DNA of 64,000 nt from Octopus vulgaris (lineage: Eukaryota). Of the stretch, positions 41,722 to 55,017 are shown piece after piece. The position numbers and the translations under genes were made by a program. Within the stretch, counting starts at the first letter, position 1. The number at the start of each line of letters is the position of its first letter. Location: NCBI GenBank assembly GCA_951406725.2, contig OX597816.1, forward strand, positions 35,960,001 to 36,024,000, given 5' to 3'. The notes under the pieces are model-generated. The model did not search any database and had not been told where the DNA came from. It worked only from the letters and a program-made list of their open reading frames with translations.

Positions 41722-43643
41722 ATTGTTTATTATCATAAAGAATTTCGCACGATGTTTATTATCTCTGTTTATATTTCTCTTATTCCATTTAAATAAATAA
41801 AAGAAAATAAATGCTGTTTGCAAAAAACGAAATCTTATGCATTAATAACTTTTCAAATATCTGATAAGATATTCATGTTGTACCATGTTATAAATATTTT
41901 TACGGTGCCATGGCAATGTCACTAAGAAACAATTACTTGCAAATTCTTGACACAGATTCAGCTAACATAGTTATGTGAAGTATTATCACGAGCACTAGAC
42001 TCTACTCTATAATATTGTTTCATACATCAACATGCGGATGTGATTCTACGCACTTGTGTATTAAAGGGGTTCTCTGTCAACAAAAAAAAATAGATCAAAT
42101 AGATGCAAATTTAATTCATAAACCATTTGAAACAATACGTGTATAATATATTTAATAATTATCACTATCAATTTGATGTGATTAAATGTAAGAGGCACAA
42201 GCTGAACAGTAAGATTGTGTACAAATATGTAAAAGGAAGAAACGTGTGGCATATGTGCTGTAGTATGTAGTCAAAATACTTAATTGCACTCAATTTTTTG
42301 AGCTTAAATGAACGGAAAACTGCCTAGGACTTTCGGAACAACCTGCCCCGAAAGTAGTAAAAGAAAACAAAGAAACTACATTATTTGGAAAATGTTTGGT
42401 TGGGAAACGAAAGACATCCTTGACCTACGGAATCACCGTTTCATGAACATACCATTAGCATTGGTAATGAGAAGTGTGTTCCAAGCAAATTCTGCGCTCA
42501 TTAACGTGAACATTTTGAATTATTTGTAGATGTGGATGATGCCCAATATTGTGCTGTATAGGTTTATATATGTTGATGTGCTTTAAGAGTGTATGTTTTG
42601 CCTGTATGGTCGAACGATATACACCCATTTCTACGTGTGGATTGTGTATTTGCATATGTTTAGGGCGGGTTTAAGAGCGGCTGTGTAACGAATATGCAGA
42701 TGTTTATTCATATATTTTGCAGGCGTGTTATGCGGCAGTTGCTTTATGTATGTGATGCAGTAAGGATGTTTTATACTAAAACGTACAGTTGCATGCGAGA
42801 TAAATGTGTATGTGTATGTGAGGAGTGTGAATGAGATTGAGATGTATTTTGTCTGCGTGTACAAGTCAAAGTGCGGTTCTCGCGCAATTTTAATCGTATT
42901 TTATAATAAGCATTAATGAACATACTTGATTCAGGAAATATTAATTTAAATAGAGAAAAATAGCCCGAATATTTAAGATAGCAGGAAATTTAGAAAAAGA
43001 ATAGGAAGTCAAGGGCGTCACGCATTCTTACACACTCACAAAAGTGAAGTATTAGTTTGTAACTGTGACGGACTAACGAAGATGCATGAGATTACGAATG
43101 CTGACTACTCAAGTGGTTGATTCAACAAATGACTAATCTAGCAATCGATTAGGTAAGTGGTTAATTGGTAAATTATTTTAATAACAAAAGGAAATGAAAT
43201 ACAATTTTTGTGTATTTGATTGACAAAGGAAATTCCCAAGATAATATACCATTTGATACAACTTCACATCAAAAATCTGGCAAAGAACTATGCAGGTCTA
43301 CATAAAGTACTGCTCTTCAAAGTGAGGACCAGCACCAGTAAGGAAGAAAATAGCTAAAAGGCGAGTAAGTGATTGAGCGTTGGTAAATGAGAATAGACAG
43401 TTCACGATTTGAATATGAAGTAATGCATGTATTTATTTAGATTTGTGTGAATGCATAGTTGACTGTGTACAGTGATATCGAGGTGTATACGTGTGCATTG
43501 TACAGGGACATTGTGGATGTGCATGTGTGCACAAACATAGGGGGCACCCAAATACACACGGACACATACACACACATATTTAGAGAGAGAGACGAACAGA
43601 GAGATGTACACAGACAATGGTACTTAACCGGAAGCGATTGCTA

Positions 43644-43686
<43 letters not shown>

Positions 43687-43855
43687 ATATATTTTCAAAT
43701 ATGACTATTCCTAAAACTAGTGGTTGTAAAATGCAATTAGGATAAAATACAAGGGGCATATTTTATTCTAATCAAAAAACGATAAAATATAACTAGATTA
43801 TTTGATGAGACAGTTAAATTTCATAATCTTTTGTTCTTAATATTTGGTGTGTTAA

Positions 43856-44268
43856 AGGCGGCGAGCTGGAAGGAACGTTAGTACGCCGGAGAAATTCTCA
43901 GCGGTATTTCGTCTGCCGTTACGTTCTGAGTTCAAATTCCGCCAAGGTCGATTTTACTTTTCATCCTTTCGGGTACGATAAATTAAGTAGTAGTTCAACT
44001 TAATCCCTTTGTATGTCCTCGATTGTCCCCTTTATGTTTAGCCCCTTGTGGGCAATAAAGAAATACGAAACGTTAGCACGCCGGGTGAAATGCTTTGCAG
44101 TATTTCGTCTGTCTTTACATTTCGAAATCAAATACCACCGAGGTTCGACTTTGCCGTTCCTCCTTTCGGGGTCGATAAATTAAGTACCAGTTGCCTCCTG
44201 GAGTCGATCTAATTGACTGGCCCCTTCCCTAAAAATTTCGAGCTTTGTGCGTAGATTAGAAAAGAATA
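43856..44268 (+). mobile_element. SINE family C, dimeric
   Basis: aaggcggcgagctgg head; two ttcatcctttcggg..cgataaattaagta cores; tail ...tagaaaagaa. Confidence 0.88.
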
Positions 44269-44704
44269 CTTAACGGCATGTCGTCTGGGTCAAATAACAG
44301 CGAGTTTGACGTTAGCTTCCATAATTTGGGGTTCGATAAAATAAGTATCAGTTGATTACTGGGGTCGATTTAAACGATTTACTCTACCCCGGCGTTTGCT
44401 GGATTACTGCCAAAATTTGAAAACAATATCTGATCTAAAATAATTTGCACAAATTATAAAATTCCAGAGAATAAATATAACGTATATCCTAATAATGTAA
44501 ACAGTAATTAGTGCACAACAGCAGAGATTTATTAAAGAATATAACATACAGTAAAATAAAAGCATAACTATTAAAATTTCTTGGAAATATTTCAAATAAA
44601 ATTAAACGCAATATTTGAGTTCTGTATAAAACAAATATTATTTTTATTGGGTGAAATCGACGCAAATAAGGATCTTGAGAACCCTTATATAATTAAGGAA
44701 ACGT

Positions 44705-45154
44705 GGATCTTTTCGGTTTGAACGAGTTTTTTCTAGCGGTGTCATATGAAATTGTCACCCATAATTATGACCCTAGTATCGATCTATTGCATTTCAATCT
44801 ATTTTAGTGTTAGGGTAGTTAGGGTTAGTTAGGGTTAGGGTTAGGGTTAGGGTTAGGGGTGGGGGGAAATGTATCTTTTTTTCTTCACAAATGTAATTAA
44901 ACCCAATCTGTTTCTTAAACGAGGGACATATTCATACGGCACAGAATGTTGTTTACCTCAATGGACGTCAGTGATTAGTTGAAATTGCAGAAATTGAAGA
45001 AGATAACAACAAATATCTTACAAACTATAGAATTTTCTCAATAAAGCCAAGAGAAAAATATGTTCTATAAACACATTCTACCAGTATACAAAGTTTAAAA
45101 TTTTTAGTTACCTAGGAATTATGCTAAAAACTGCCGTTCAAACCAAAAAGATCC
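44705..45154. mobile_element. Non-autonomous TIR DNA transposon (450 bp) containing a (TTAGGG)n array
   Basis: TIRs GGATCTTTTCGGTTTGAACG / CGTTCAAACCAAAAAGATCC; flanks AAACGT / AAACAT; five perfect TTAGGG at 44829-44858. Confidence 0.85.
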
Positions 45155-45319
45155 AAACATTTATTTTTTAGACGCTTATGAGGTGAGTAAAACGCTGAAT
45201 ATAAATAGTTTCTGCGTTGAACGTATTAAGCGGGATTTGAAAATGTGAGTTAACGCCTTCACAGTCGCCATTCTCTAATAGCATTACAACAGCTGATGAT
45301 TATGCATTAAGGAAGACAA

Positions 45320-45515
45320 ACAGTGACGGGTATCCTTAACGTAGTGCTCGGGAAGATTCGGCGTGACACAGAGTGTGTCAAGGCTAGCTCTTTGAAATAC
45401 AGGTACAACAGAAACAGGAAGAAAGAGTGAAAGAAAGTTATGGTGAAAGAATACAAGGTTCGCTACCATCCCCTACCAGAGCATCGTAGAGTTTAGGTGT
45501 TTTCGCTCAATAAAC
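45320..45515 (-). mobile_element. Internal SINE family B fragment, near-identical to 40460-40655
   Basis: Two mismatches in 196 bp versus the 40460 copy; lacks head and tail. Confidence 0.9.
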
Positions 45516-46423
45516 TAGTGGCAATATTAAAATTTCTTCTTTGATACTGATACAAAAGAAAGTGAAACGAGTTTTGAACTTCAGTGTTAAATGTTAAGCA
45601 TCAATGTTTGGGTTACATTCCCTTTGCCATTGCAAATATAATATTTCTCTGATCTAATATTCCCTTCGGCAATCAGTATTTAAGTATTGATCGGTAACAT
45701 ATGAACAGAGTGTAACATTTAGGGAAACGAAACAGTTGTTTCAATGAACCGCAGTACTTGACCGATACTGATATAATTGACCCTGAAATGGAAAGTAGAA
45801 TTCGGGCAGAAATGAAATTAGCATTTGATTAATAACTCAAGCACTTTTAATTGAATGTATACACTTTCACCGATCAGTTAAGTCTAAGCTAAAGCAATTA
45901 AATACCCAGTTCGATTAGATTTTAGGTTCATGTCTAAATGCAAGGAACAATATATCTGCTGCTATCTATCTGTGATAGATGGTTCATTCGTTAGCGTGTT
46001 GGGCCCATCCACGTATGGTCATGGTTTCGATTCACATAGCGTTTTAGTGTTAGAGTACACATCGCTAAATGGCATTTTCCTGGTTTAAAACAAATATAAG
46101 GTTTTTTTTTTTTTCTTTGCGGTTCGCGTAAAAGATTTTATATTGTTGCAACATCCGACTAGGCATTGGCTTTGAAGATACCTTCTCCATCCCACTTGTA
46201 TTAGATATACTGGTGTTGTAAATGCTCAAGGGTATGCCCTTCTCTCCTAACTTAAAGATAAAATATCTCTCAAAAACAGGACATACACTAATACACACAC
46301 GTGCGGGCATACTTGCACAAAAGTATGCGTATTCATTAATACATATTACGTATGTATGCTCCCACTTATGCATGGATGTGTTTATGCATTTCTTTGAAAG
46401 TGTAGTCATATTATATATATTTA

Positions 46424-46473
<50 letters not shown>

Positions 46474-46609
46474 TGTGCGATGGTGTGTTTGCGTGAGCGT
46501 ACGTCCGCACGCGGATGTTGAACGTGTATTCAGGAAAAGTAGTAAATTAGGTAAACACAGGTAAGTTTATTTACTTAGAACATAAACGCACATACTTCTG
46601 TTAAAACTA

Positions 46610-47014
46610 TTGGTTTGTCCGGAAAGTTCGTGCCGATTTTTAAAGGAAAGAAAAGGATCAATAAATACTTACCATTACATTTTTATTCAACCAAATATGA
46701 ACCATTTTGTTGCACAATGCGTCTCAATCTTTCCTTTGACTTGAAAACACCTTCTTCCCAGAATTGAGGTGGTTTCATAGCAAAGAATTCATCGAGGTAT
46801 CTTTTTACGACATCCAAGTAATTGAAATTTTTACCATTAAGTCTATTCTGCAGAGACCTGAATAAGTGGTAATCCGAATGAGCAATATCTGCTGAATATG
46901 GAAGGTGGGGTACACATCCCAGCCGAGCTGCAGAAATTTTTGTCTGGTTCCCAATGCATCGAGTCCCGAAAAGGAACTTTCTTATCTTCCATTTCAAAGG
47001 GTTACAGAATTAAC
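46610..47014 (-). mobile_element. Internally deleted mariner derivative, same family as 16491-17774
   Basis: TA|TTGGTTTGTCCGGAAAGTTCGTGCCGAT TIR, PHLPYSADIAHSDYHLFRSLQNRLNGKNF, fused via short filler to the ATG region; second TIR missing. Confidence 0.9.
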
Positions 47015-47296
47015 GTAAAGAAGTAGAAATATGAAGAAGATGGAGAGATTCGCTCTCGTCTATATTCTTGCAGTCCGAGAAGATCCTGGGAATGCTGGTC
47101 AGGCTGGTATATCAAATGTATTTTGGGTTCCGAACTTTTGACTATTTCATGTCGACAACCGAGGTCGGTGCCAGAATTGACATCTCAGTTTCTTGATTCT
47201 TTCGTTTATCCTCTAAATTTTCATCTGTTAAGCTAGTCGAAAAATTATTTATAATACAAATGTGTAAGCTTTTTCTCGTATATATACATATATATA

Positions 47297-47468
47297 TTTT
47301 CCCCTGTCTTCCTTCCTCTGGATCTTTCCTTCTCCTATGTTTCCGACGAAGAGCTCCGCTCGAAACGTTAAACCCTCCTTCTTCCTTCTTTCCTGAGCGT
47401 CCAATAATACTATATTTGTTCCACGACGTCGCTTTGTTGTGTTTTTTTGTGCTTTCTTGTTTGGATTA

Positions 47469-47472
<4 letters not shown>
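47297..47472 (+). mobile_element. PLE pseudo-LTR fragment with CCGACGA hammerhead (47339-47373), within (TA)n
   Basis: Homologous to 15465-15644. Confidence 0.75.
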
Positions 47473-47515
<43 letters not shown>

Positions 47516-47533
47516 GAAATATATATATATACA

Positions 47534-48320
47534 CTAGACTACCCGTGACACGTTGGCTCACTGACTTCAGATTATAACACTTTGAAGGTGATTTCAACAT
47601 TGCATTGAAATGAAAATTAAATTTATGATGATTCAGCTAAATATTTCAATTCGTTCGTGTCATCATAGGTCTGGTTTACAAGTTCATGTTTAAGGTTTTA
47701 TTGATTATTTACAGCATCTAATAGAAATTGAACTTCCGGGATAAAAGTGAACAGCATTTATTTATGGCATGCGTGCACACACGTACAAAAATGCAAAAAG
47801 AATTGTTATAAAGAGGAAACATAATATTAATGGAGACAATTGTCACAGTATTATATATTCTCATTTCCGTGTTATGTTACTTTCGGCGTATCTTCATATT
47901 ATACCCCGTCTTGGTTATTTATGAAGGTACACAAAAAAACGGCGTAACTCGTGAATCCGTGTTCTAATTTATGCAAAACTTATTTTAATCTGCTTCCGTT
48001 CACATTTGAGGGGTGCCTTACTGACAAAGTATTTTCCCATTATACGCGGGTTTGGTCGTATTAAGTTTCAGATGAGCACGCACGCACGCAAGCAAGTAGT
48101 GACAAACGTTTAGTAATACCCACCAAAACCGCGTATCTTGGGAATCTATTATCCTATTTAAGCGAAAGATATTATATTCTGTTTATATTAACATTTCAGG
48201 GGTACCTTACTACCAGAGTATTTTTTCCATTATCCGCCGGTTTAGCCATATTAAATTACAGACAAGCACGCACGCACGCAAGCATGCAATCACTCTGTTT
48301 TAGTGGTTTTAGTAGTATGC
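47534..48320 (-). mobile_element. Probable non-autonomous Helitron with two ~165-bp internal tandem units
   Basis: Minus-strand 3' CTAG preceded by an imperfect GC hairpin; 5' atactactaaaa; units 47935-48095 and 48125-48285 both end in (GCAC)n. Confidence 0.5.
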
Positions 48321-48589
48321 AGCTAGATAGATGTGTGTGAGTGTCGCTGTGTGTGTGTGCATGCATATATGTGTGTATGTATATACACAAGTTAGTTTTC
48401 TATTTATTACTAATATGTAATATTTTGGCACTTATTGAACCGCATGATATTTGCCTAACTATAATATAGATTGTATTTCACACTATGTGCTTTCTGACAC
48501 AATAAGAATATCATCAAAAACATCTAATCCTGTGCTTCTTGTATTATTCAACAGTGATACACAAAAGAAATTTGAATTTGCTTTCGAAA

Positions 48590-49198
48590 TATTCTTTTCT
48601 ACTTTAGGCACAAATCCCGACATTTTGGCGATAGGGCCATTCCATTAGATCGACCACAGTACGCGACTGGTACTTAATATATCAACAACGAAAGGATGAA
48701 AGGCAAAGTCGAACTTGGCGGAATTTGAACTCAGAACGTAGCAGCAGACGATATACCTATTTCTTTACTACCCACAAGGGGCTAAACACAGAAAGGAGAA
48801 TCAAGGACAGGCAAACAGATTAATTCGATTATATCGACCCCAGTGCGCAACTGTTAATGTAACCCGAAAGGATATAAAGCAAAGTCGACCTCGGCGGAAT
48901 TTGAACTCAGAACGTAGCGGCAGACAAAATACCGCTAATCATTTCTCCCGCCGAGCTAAGGTTTCTCATTTCTTTAATGCCCTCAAGGGGTTAAACATAG
49001 TGGGGACAAACGAGGGCAGACAAAGGGATTAAATCGATTACATCGACGCCCAGTGCGTAACTGGTACTTAATTTATCGAGCCCGAGATTACGAAAGGCAA
49101 AGTCGACCTCTGCGGAATTTGAACTCAGAACGTAAAGGCAGACAAAATACCCCTAAGCATTTCGCCCAGCGTGCTAACGTTTCTGCCAGCTCGCTACC
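48590..49198 (-). mobile_element. SINE family C, three tandem internal units
   Basis: Same architecture as 32150-32730. Confidence 0.9.
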
Positions 49199-50338
49199 TT
49201 GGATTTTGAAATATTCAAAAATAAAACAATTATTTGTCCGTACTAAGCTGCTCTAACTTAGTTCCTTCTGTTTACTAGTTGCGTTTCATGATTGTGCTCA
49301 TATGTCTTAACAATAACGTTGTTCCTTAATATCGAATTTTTCCAAAAGGTTTGCTTTATCAGTAGAAATTTCATGACTATTGGGAGACAATGCGCTCTCC
49401 ATACACGATTCTGATATCTATACAGCAAATTAAACTCCATGCATTTCAATTCATTCGAGCATATATCATGTAAAATACTTATTTAATTCTTTGTTTAACA
49501 TTTTCCATCTATAGTTGATAGTAATATCTTTCGTATGTTACATTACTTGTTCTTAAATATTTTACTTTTTGTATAAATGTTGTGTACTGTAAAAGTCGTT
49601 AAGAAAAATTATATTTCGAGTATGTAGAAATACACGGTTGTATTGTAACAACATCTGTGGACAATTCAATTTCTGTATACGTGGGCGAAATATGGAGTCA
49701 AACTAAGCTGAACAGAAACTCAATCTAGGAATAATATATGCCACCATTAAATTTTTTGTGGAATCAGATACATTTTATTATGTAATTACGGGTCTCCTTT
49801 GTTTTCATGCGTTAAAAACGTGTTATTTATCATCTTGCTCTGCTTGACATCGAAGATGTACCTTGTGAAATACACTAAATTACTTATAAATACACGAAAA
49901 TTGCAACGTAAAATTTATAAAAGACAAAGAAGCAAAATACGTCGTATAACTACTTTTCGTCTATGCAAGTTTGTTGAAAATAAAAAAAAATCCGATACCA
50001 TATTTTGTTTGGCAGTGATGAAAGTAAAGGAAAAAAAAGGAACAAATAACAATCATTTTCAATTTAACATATTTCTAAAATTCCTTTCCATGAGAAAAAT
50101 TAGCTCACGAAAATGCATTTAAAATATAAATATATTGTATTTTAAAATATTTTTTAAAATATATTTTGAATTATTAACGTTATTCATCATTGCTTGACTG
50201 TCTTTAATATCAAATATATGTTTGTCATATATTTTCATATGCATAAAAATATAGTCAACTGTAACTATGAGAAAAATACTGAGCAGCTGTTTTTGCCCAC
50301 TTTGAAAAAGAACAATGAAAATGCAAAAAAATAGCTCA

Positions 50339-50850
50339 TCTATATATATAAAATTGTAGTTGTGTGAGTGTCTGTCCCCTTCGATTTAGATTCCTAACTA
50401 CTCCCACATTTTGCGGTGCAGTTTAACCGAATTCGGGTATCTTATAGTCGTGATTCATATCGAGCCCGTCTGGGTATTAGCGCGCGTCTACGATGAGTCT
50501 ACGATTTTAAAAATAATTTAATATCATTTTTATTCCATTTTAATGCATAATTTTTCGTGTGTCGGTGGCGGCGGAGTTGGCGTCCATGGTCACACCTGCA
50601 CCTGTTTGCTTCTCCCCCTTCTTCCCTCCCTCGTGAAGCTGTGGGGAAGGGAGTGTAAAGAAATCAACGTCGTAAAGCGTTGTCAAGGAGACCAGCGTTC
50701 TTTTAGAACAACGACTTCATGGCTTGAAGACACCAAAACAGAAATGGCTAAGAAAGCCCGAATTGGCATCTGTAAGGGAAGTAACTCTCTAAAAATGCTT
50801 ATATAGTTATTGCCCTTACAAACCCGAGCAACGCCGGGCGATACTGCTAG
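50339..50850 (+). mobile_element. Non-autonomous Helitron
   Basis: A|TC 5' end, CTAG|T 3' end, subterminal hairpin CCCGAGC-AAC-GCCGGG about 8 nt before CTAG, no TSD. Confidence 0.9.
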
Positions 50851-50887
50851 TTCTAAATAAGATATTAGTTTAGGAAATATAAGTTTC

Positions 50888-51282
50888 AAGTTTTGGCACA
50901 AGACCAGCAATTTCAAGGGAGGGAGCGAGTCAGTTATATAGACTCCAGTAGTCAACTGGTACTCATTTTATTGACCTTTAGAAGATGACAGGATAAGTCG
51001 AACGGCCAAGTTTGAACTAAGAACTGACGAAATGTCTTTAACCAGTTTTCCACCTTAGTTCAGGAAATATTGATTTCATATTTTGGCACAAATCCAGCAT
51101 TTTTGGTGTAGGTTAGTCGACTACATACACTCCAGTGTTCAACTGGTACTCATTTTGTCGACCCCGAAAGGGATGAAATTCTAAGTCAACCTCGGCAGAA
51201 TTTGAACTCAGAACACAAAGACGGACGAAATACCACTATGCATTTAGCCCGGCGTGCTAATGATTCTACCAGCTCGCTGCCC
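50888..51282 (-). mobile_element. Two adjacent SINE family C copies (50888-51040, 51078-51282)
   Basis: tttggcacaa...caactggtactcatttt.t.gacc cores; head ...ccagctcgctgcc. Confidence 0.8.
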
Positions 51283-52967
51283 GAGTTTAGGTAATATTAC
51301 TAAACTAATTGGTTGTGCTAAGATCTGAATAGATATACGCTAATTCAGATAATGCCAACAACGAAAGTTAATATAATCAACCTCTGTATTTTCCTATTGC
51401 CTTAATTCATTGAGCAAGAGATGATATAGGGATTAGGATGATGCTTCCAACACAGTTCAGGGGGTGTAGCAATCTGCGGACTGTGAAGCACGTTGCGTTC
51501 TTCAGCAAGGTAGTTCCTTTTTCCTGTTTCTACAGTTATTTCACCTAAACCCTAGTATATCTAGCACGTGATGGTTAAAACTGCAACGATGATGGCATCC
51601 TATTCAAGGTTATTAATTGATGAGTTATATAAGTCTTCATCTGGTACAATTGGTCTATTTGAAGCACAATTTCTTACGTTTTTGCCACCACGTAAAATAA
51701 AAAAAAATCAACAACATTTTGTCTATATTTTAAAGAAATATATCCTACATTTATTATACGTGCAGAAGAAAAGAACCAATTTCCTATGTCTACTAGAATG
51801 TGCAACTCATATATTAGTCTTTGCTTTCAGCTAACAACTAGTCTAATTGTAACCATACTCTGCATTGTCATATGAAACATGGGAATGGCTATCATTTATA
51901 AACTATGAAATTGGATTTCTATTTCTCTTACATATGATATGAAAATAAATGAAGTACATTGTTTCAATAATTAATAATTCAATGAATGAAACCTATGAAA
52001 CAATATAGAATTGTACAAACTAATAACCGTTGTGCAGCAACGCAATGGCAACTGAAGTGTCGTAATACGATAAAATTCGTGGGAGGAAATATTAACGCAG
52101 CTCTCAAGACATATCTAATGCTTGGATCAGCACTTTTAGTTTTATGTAAATGCTGACGCGTTTGAAAATCTTATGATATCTAAAACAACGATAGATACTA
52201 TAAAATCTACGACTAGGCCTTCATCATGAAATTGGCAGTTTGATATATTAAAGAATACAGCATCCAGCATTCTCATACGATTTTGAACAGGAGCAGAAGT
52301 AACTACATGTTACATTGCAATTTTAGAATAATATAATCTTCAGAGAATAATATAATCTTCAGTTTCAATCTGAAATAGTAGATACTATACAACTCATTGT
52401 CTTATGAAAATAATAAAGATACGTGCAATCAAGGTGCAACGTAGAGAGTCGAATTCGGCTTTGATAAAGAAGGATTTCGAAATCCCTACACCCGACGGAT
52501 ATACTATTGCCCACATTAAAATCCTGAAACCAATGAAAAGTTTATCTAAAACTCTGAACCGTATACGTGCATACCATATATGGCGCTATCATTTAATCTT
52601 AACTATGTGAACTCATCATACAGTAGCGTGTGAACATTTTCGTCTATCCATTCTAACACCATACTTTATATCCTGTATAGAGACCTTATTTTGCTTTTAC
52701 TGTGTAAACATTAATTTATATCTTCTTAAATGTAAATGTTTGAAATTTCCTGTGCCACATGAAATAAATTTAACACCTGCTTGTACAGTTGTTATTATTC
52801 CACCATATTTCTTTTTTTTTTAATTGTTCGTATTATAACTACACGACTAATATAACTTTCTTGTCAATATATAAAATTAACATTCAAAATCCTTTTATAA
52901 TTTTTCCCGTTCTGTGCACGAAAATTTCGACAATGTTGTATGTATAAACATTGGGAGTTTTCATGAA

Positions 52968-53535
<568 letters not shown>

Positions 53536-54347
53536 AAAAACAACAAAAGTAGTCCTTTCTAATATAGGCACAATGCCTCATATTTTGGGGGAAAGACTAA
53601 TCGATTATATCTATTCTAGTTTTTCACTTGTGCTTAATTTATTTTACTGCAAACGTAGCGACGGGTAAAATATTGATAAACATTATGTTCAGCGTGCTAA
53701 CGACTCTCACGACTCGCAACCTTGATAATAATAATAATAATGATAAAGTCCTGAAATTTAGGGGAACTGATTAAGTCGTTTGCAACAATTCCAGTGCGCA
53801 ACAGGTACTTACATAGTCAACCACGAAATTTCAATTAAATGAGTATCTGTTTAGCATTGGGGTGAAGAAATCGATTCCATACACCCTAGTGCACCATTAA
53901 TACTTATTTTATTGAGGCTGAAACGAGGAAAGATTAAGCCTATCCCAGTATAATTTCAACTCAAAATAATAATTATTATTATTCTCAAATTATACTAATA
54001 TATATAACCTCATACTGTATACGAAAAGGATAATGACACAGATTCTTTCATCCAATGAAAAGGAGTAGTCACCAAGTATATTGTTATACCGTTTGGTGTA
54101 AATAAATGTTCAGTGTTCCAGCCAACCAATGAAATCCCAGCATATGAATGATATTCGTCCACCTGGGGTCTCTTTTATTGTATTCTATTCAATTTAATTC
54201 TTATCTCCGAAGATATTTCATAAACGACATGATGTCTACAAATGTTTCTGTGAATAGATATGTCCTGAAAATCATTACATATATAGTATAAAAAGTCCTG
54301 CATACTCCCACGCATACCTGCATGTACATATACATAAATACATACAT

Positions 54348-54656
54348 ATCACCGTGATCACCGTGACCGACCAGGCTATTAGATCTTTCTACACACCCCT
54401 GGTCACAATGGTCTTCGCATTGTTTTAGCCTTCAAGTGACGCCACCTCGCTGGCCAAGCGAGCAGGCCAACAGAAGAAAGAGTGAGAGAAAGTTGTGGCG
54501 AAAGAGTACAGCAGGGATCGCCAACCACCCACCTGCCGGAGCCTCGTGGAGCTTTAGGTGTTTTCGATCAATAAACACTCACAACATACTGGGAATCGAA
54601 ACCGCGATCCTACAACCGCGAGTTCACTGCCCTAACCACTGGTCCATTGCACCTCC
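54348..54656 (-). mobile_element. SINE family B with alternative 3' tail
   Basis: Same tRNA-like head and core as 21098-21475 but tail ...ctgttggcctgctcgc...aaggctaaaacaatgcgaag...gcctggtcggtcacggtgatcacggtgat. Confidence 0.88.
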
Positions 54657-54712
54657 ACAAAATACATACATATGATATAAATATACATAAATACGATATT
54701 TATATATATAAA

Positions 54713-54899
54713 TCAGTTTTGGGGGATTAATAGATATGTCATAATCTATTTCATATTATGCAAAAAATTGCATAACGGGTATATCTGAAGGTAAAATCGT
54801 GGTATCTATATGCCCGTTAAGAAGTAATACTTCAAGGCTAAAACCAGTACACCACCAGGGTGTAACATATACTTCCTATCTATTAATCCCCAAAACTGA
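54713..54899. repeat. 187-bp element bounded by ~24-bp inverted repeats
   Basis: tcagttttgggggattaatagata / tatctattaatccccaaaactga. Confidence 0.75.
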
Positions 54900-55017
54900 A
54901 TTATTGTTTCTATTATATATTTTATATATTTCTAGATAAACATATATAAATATGTCCGATATGCAGATGCATGTAATAACGTATGTATGTATGTATGTAT
55001 GTATGTATGTATGTATA

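Noticed and set aside
42385-42500. Possible GIY-YIG remnant (VG...RFHEH with frameshift)
   Set aside because: Needs assumed frameshifts; too weak
44804-44866. True telomere or chromosome fusion scar
   Set aside because: Only five perfect units, single orientation, enclosed by transposon TIRs
32150-49198. Regularly spaced repeats that could suggest a CRISPR array
   Set aside because: Units are ~180-bp SINE multimers with non-unique spacers in eukaryotic DNA; no cas genes
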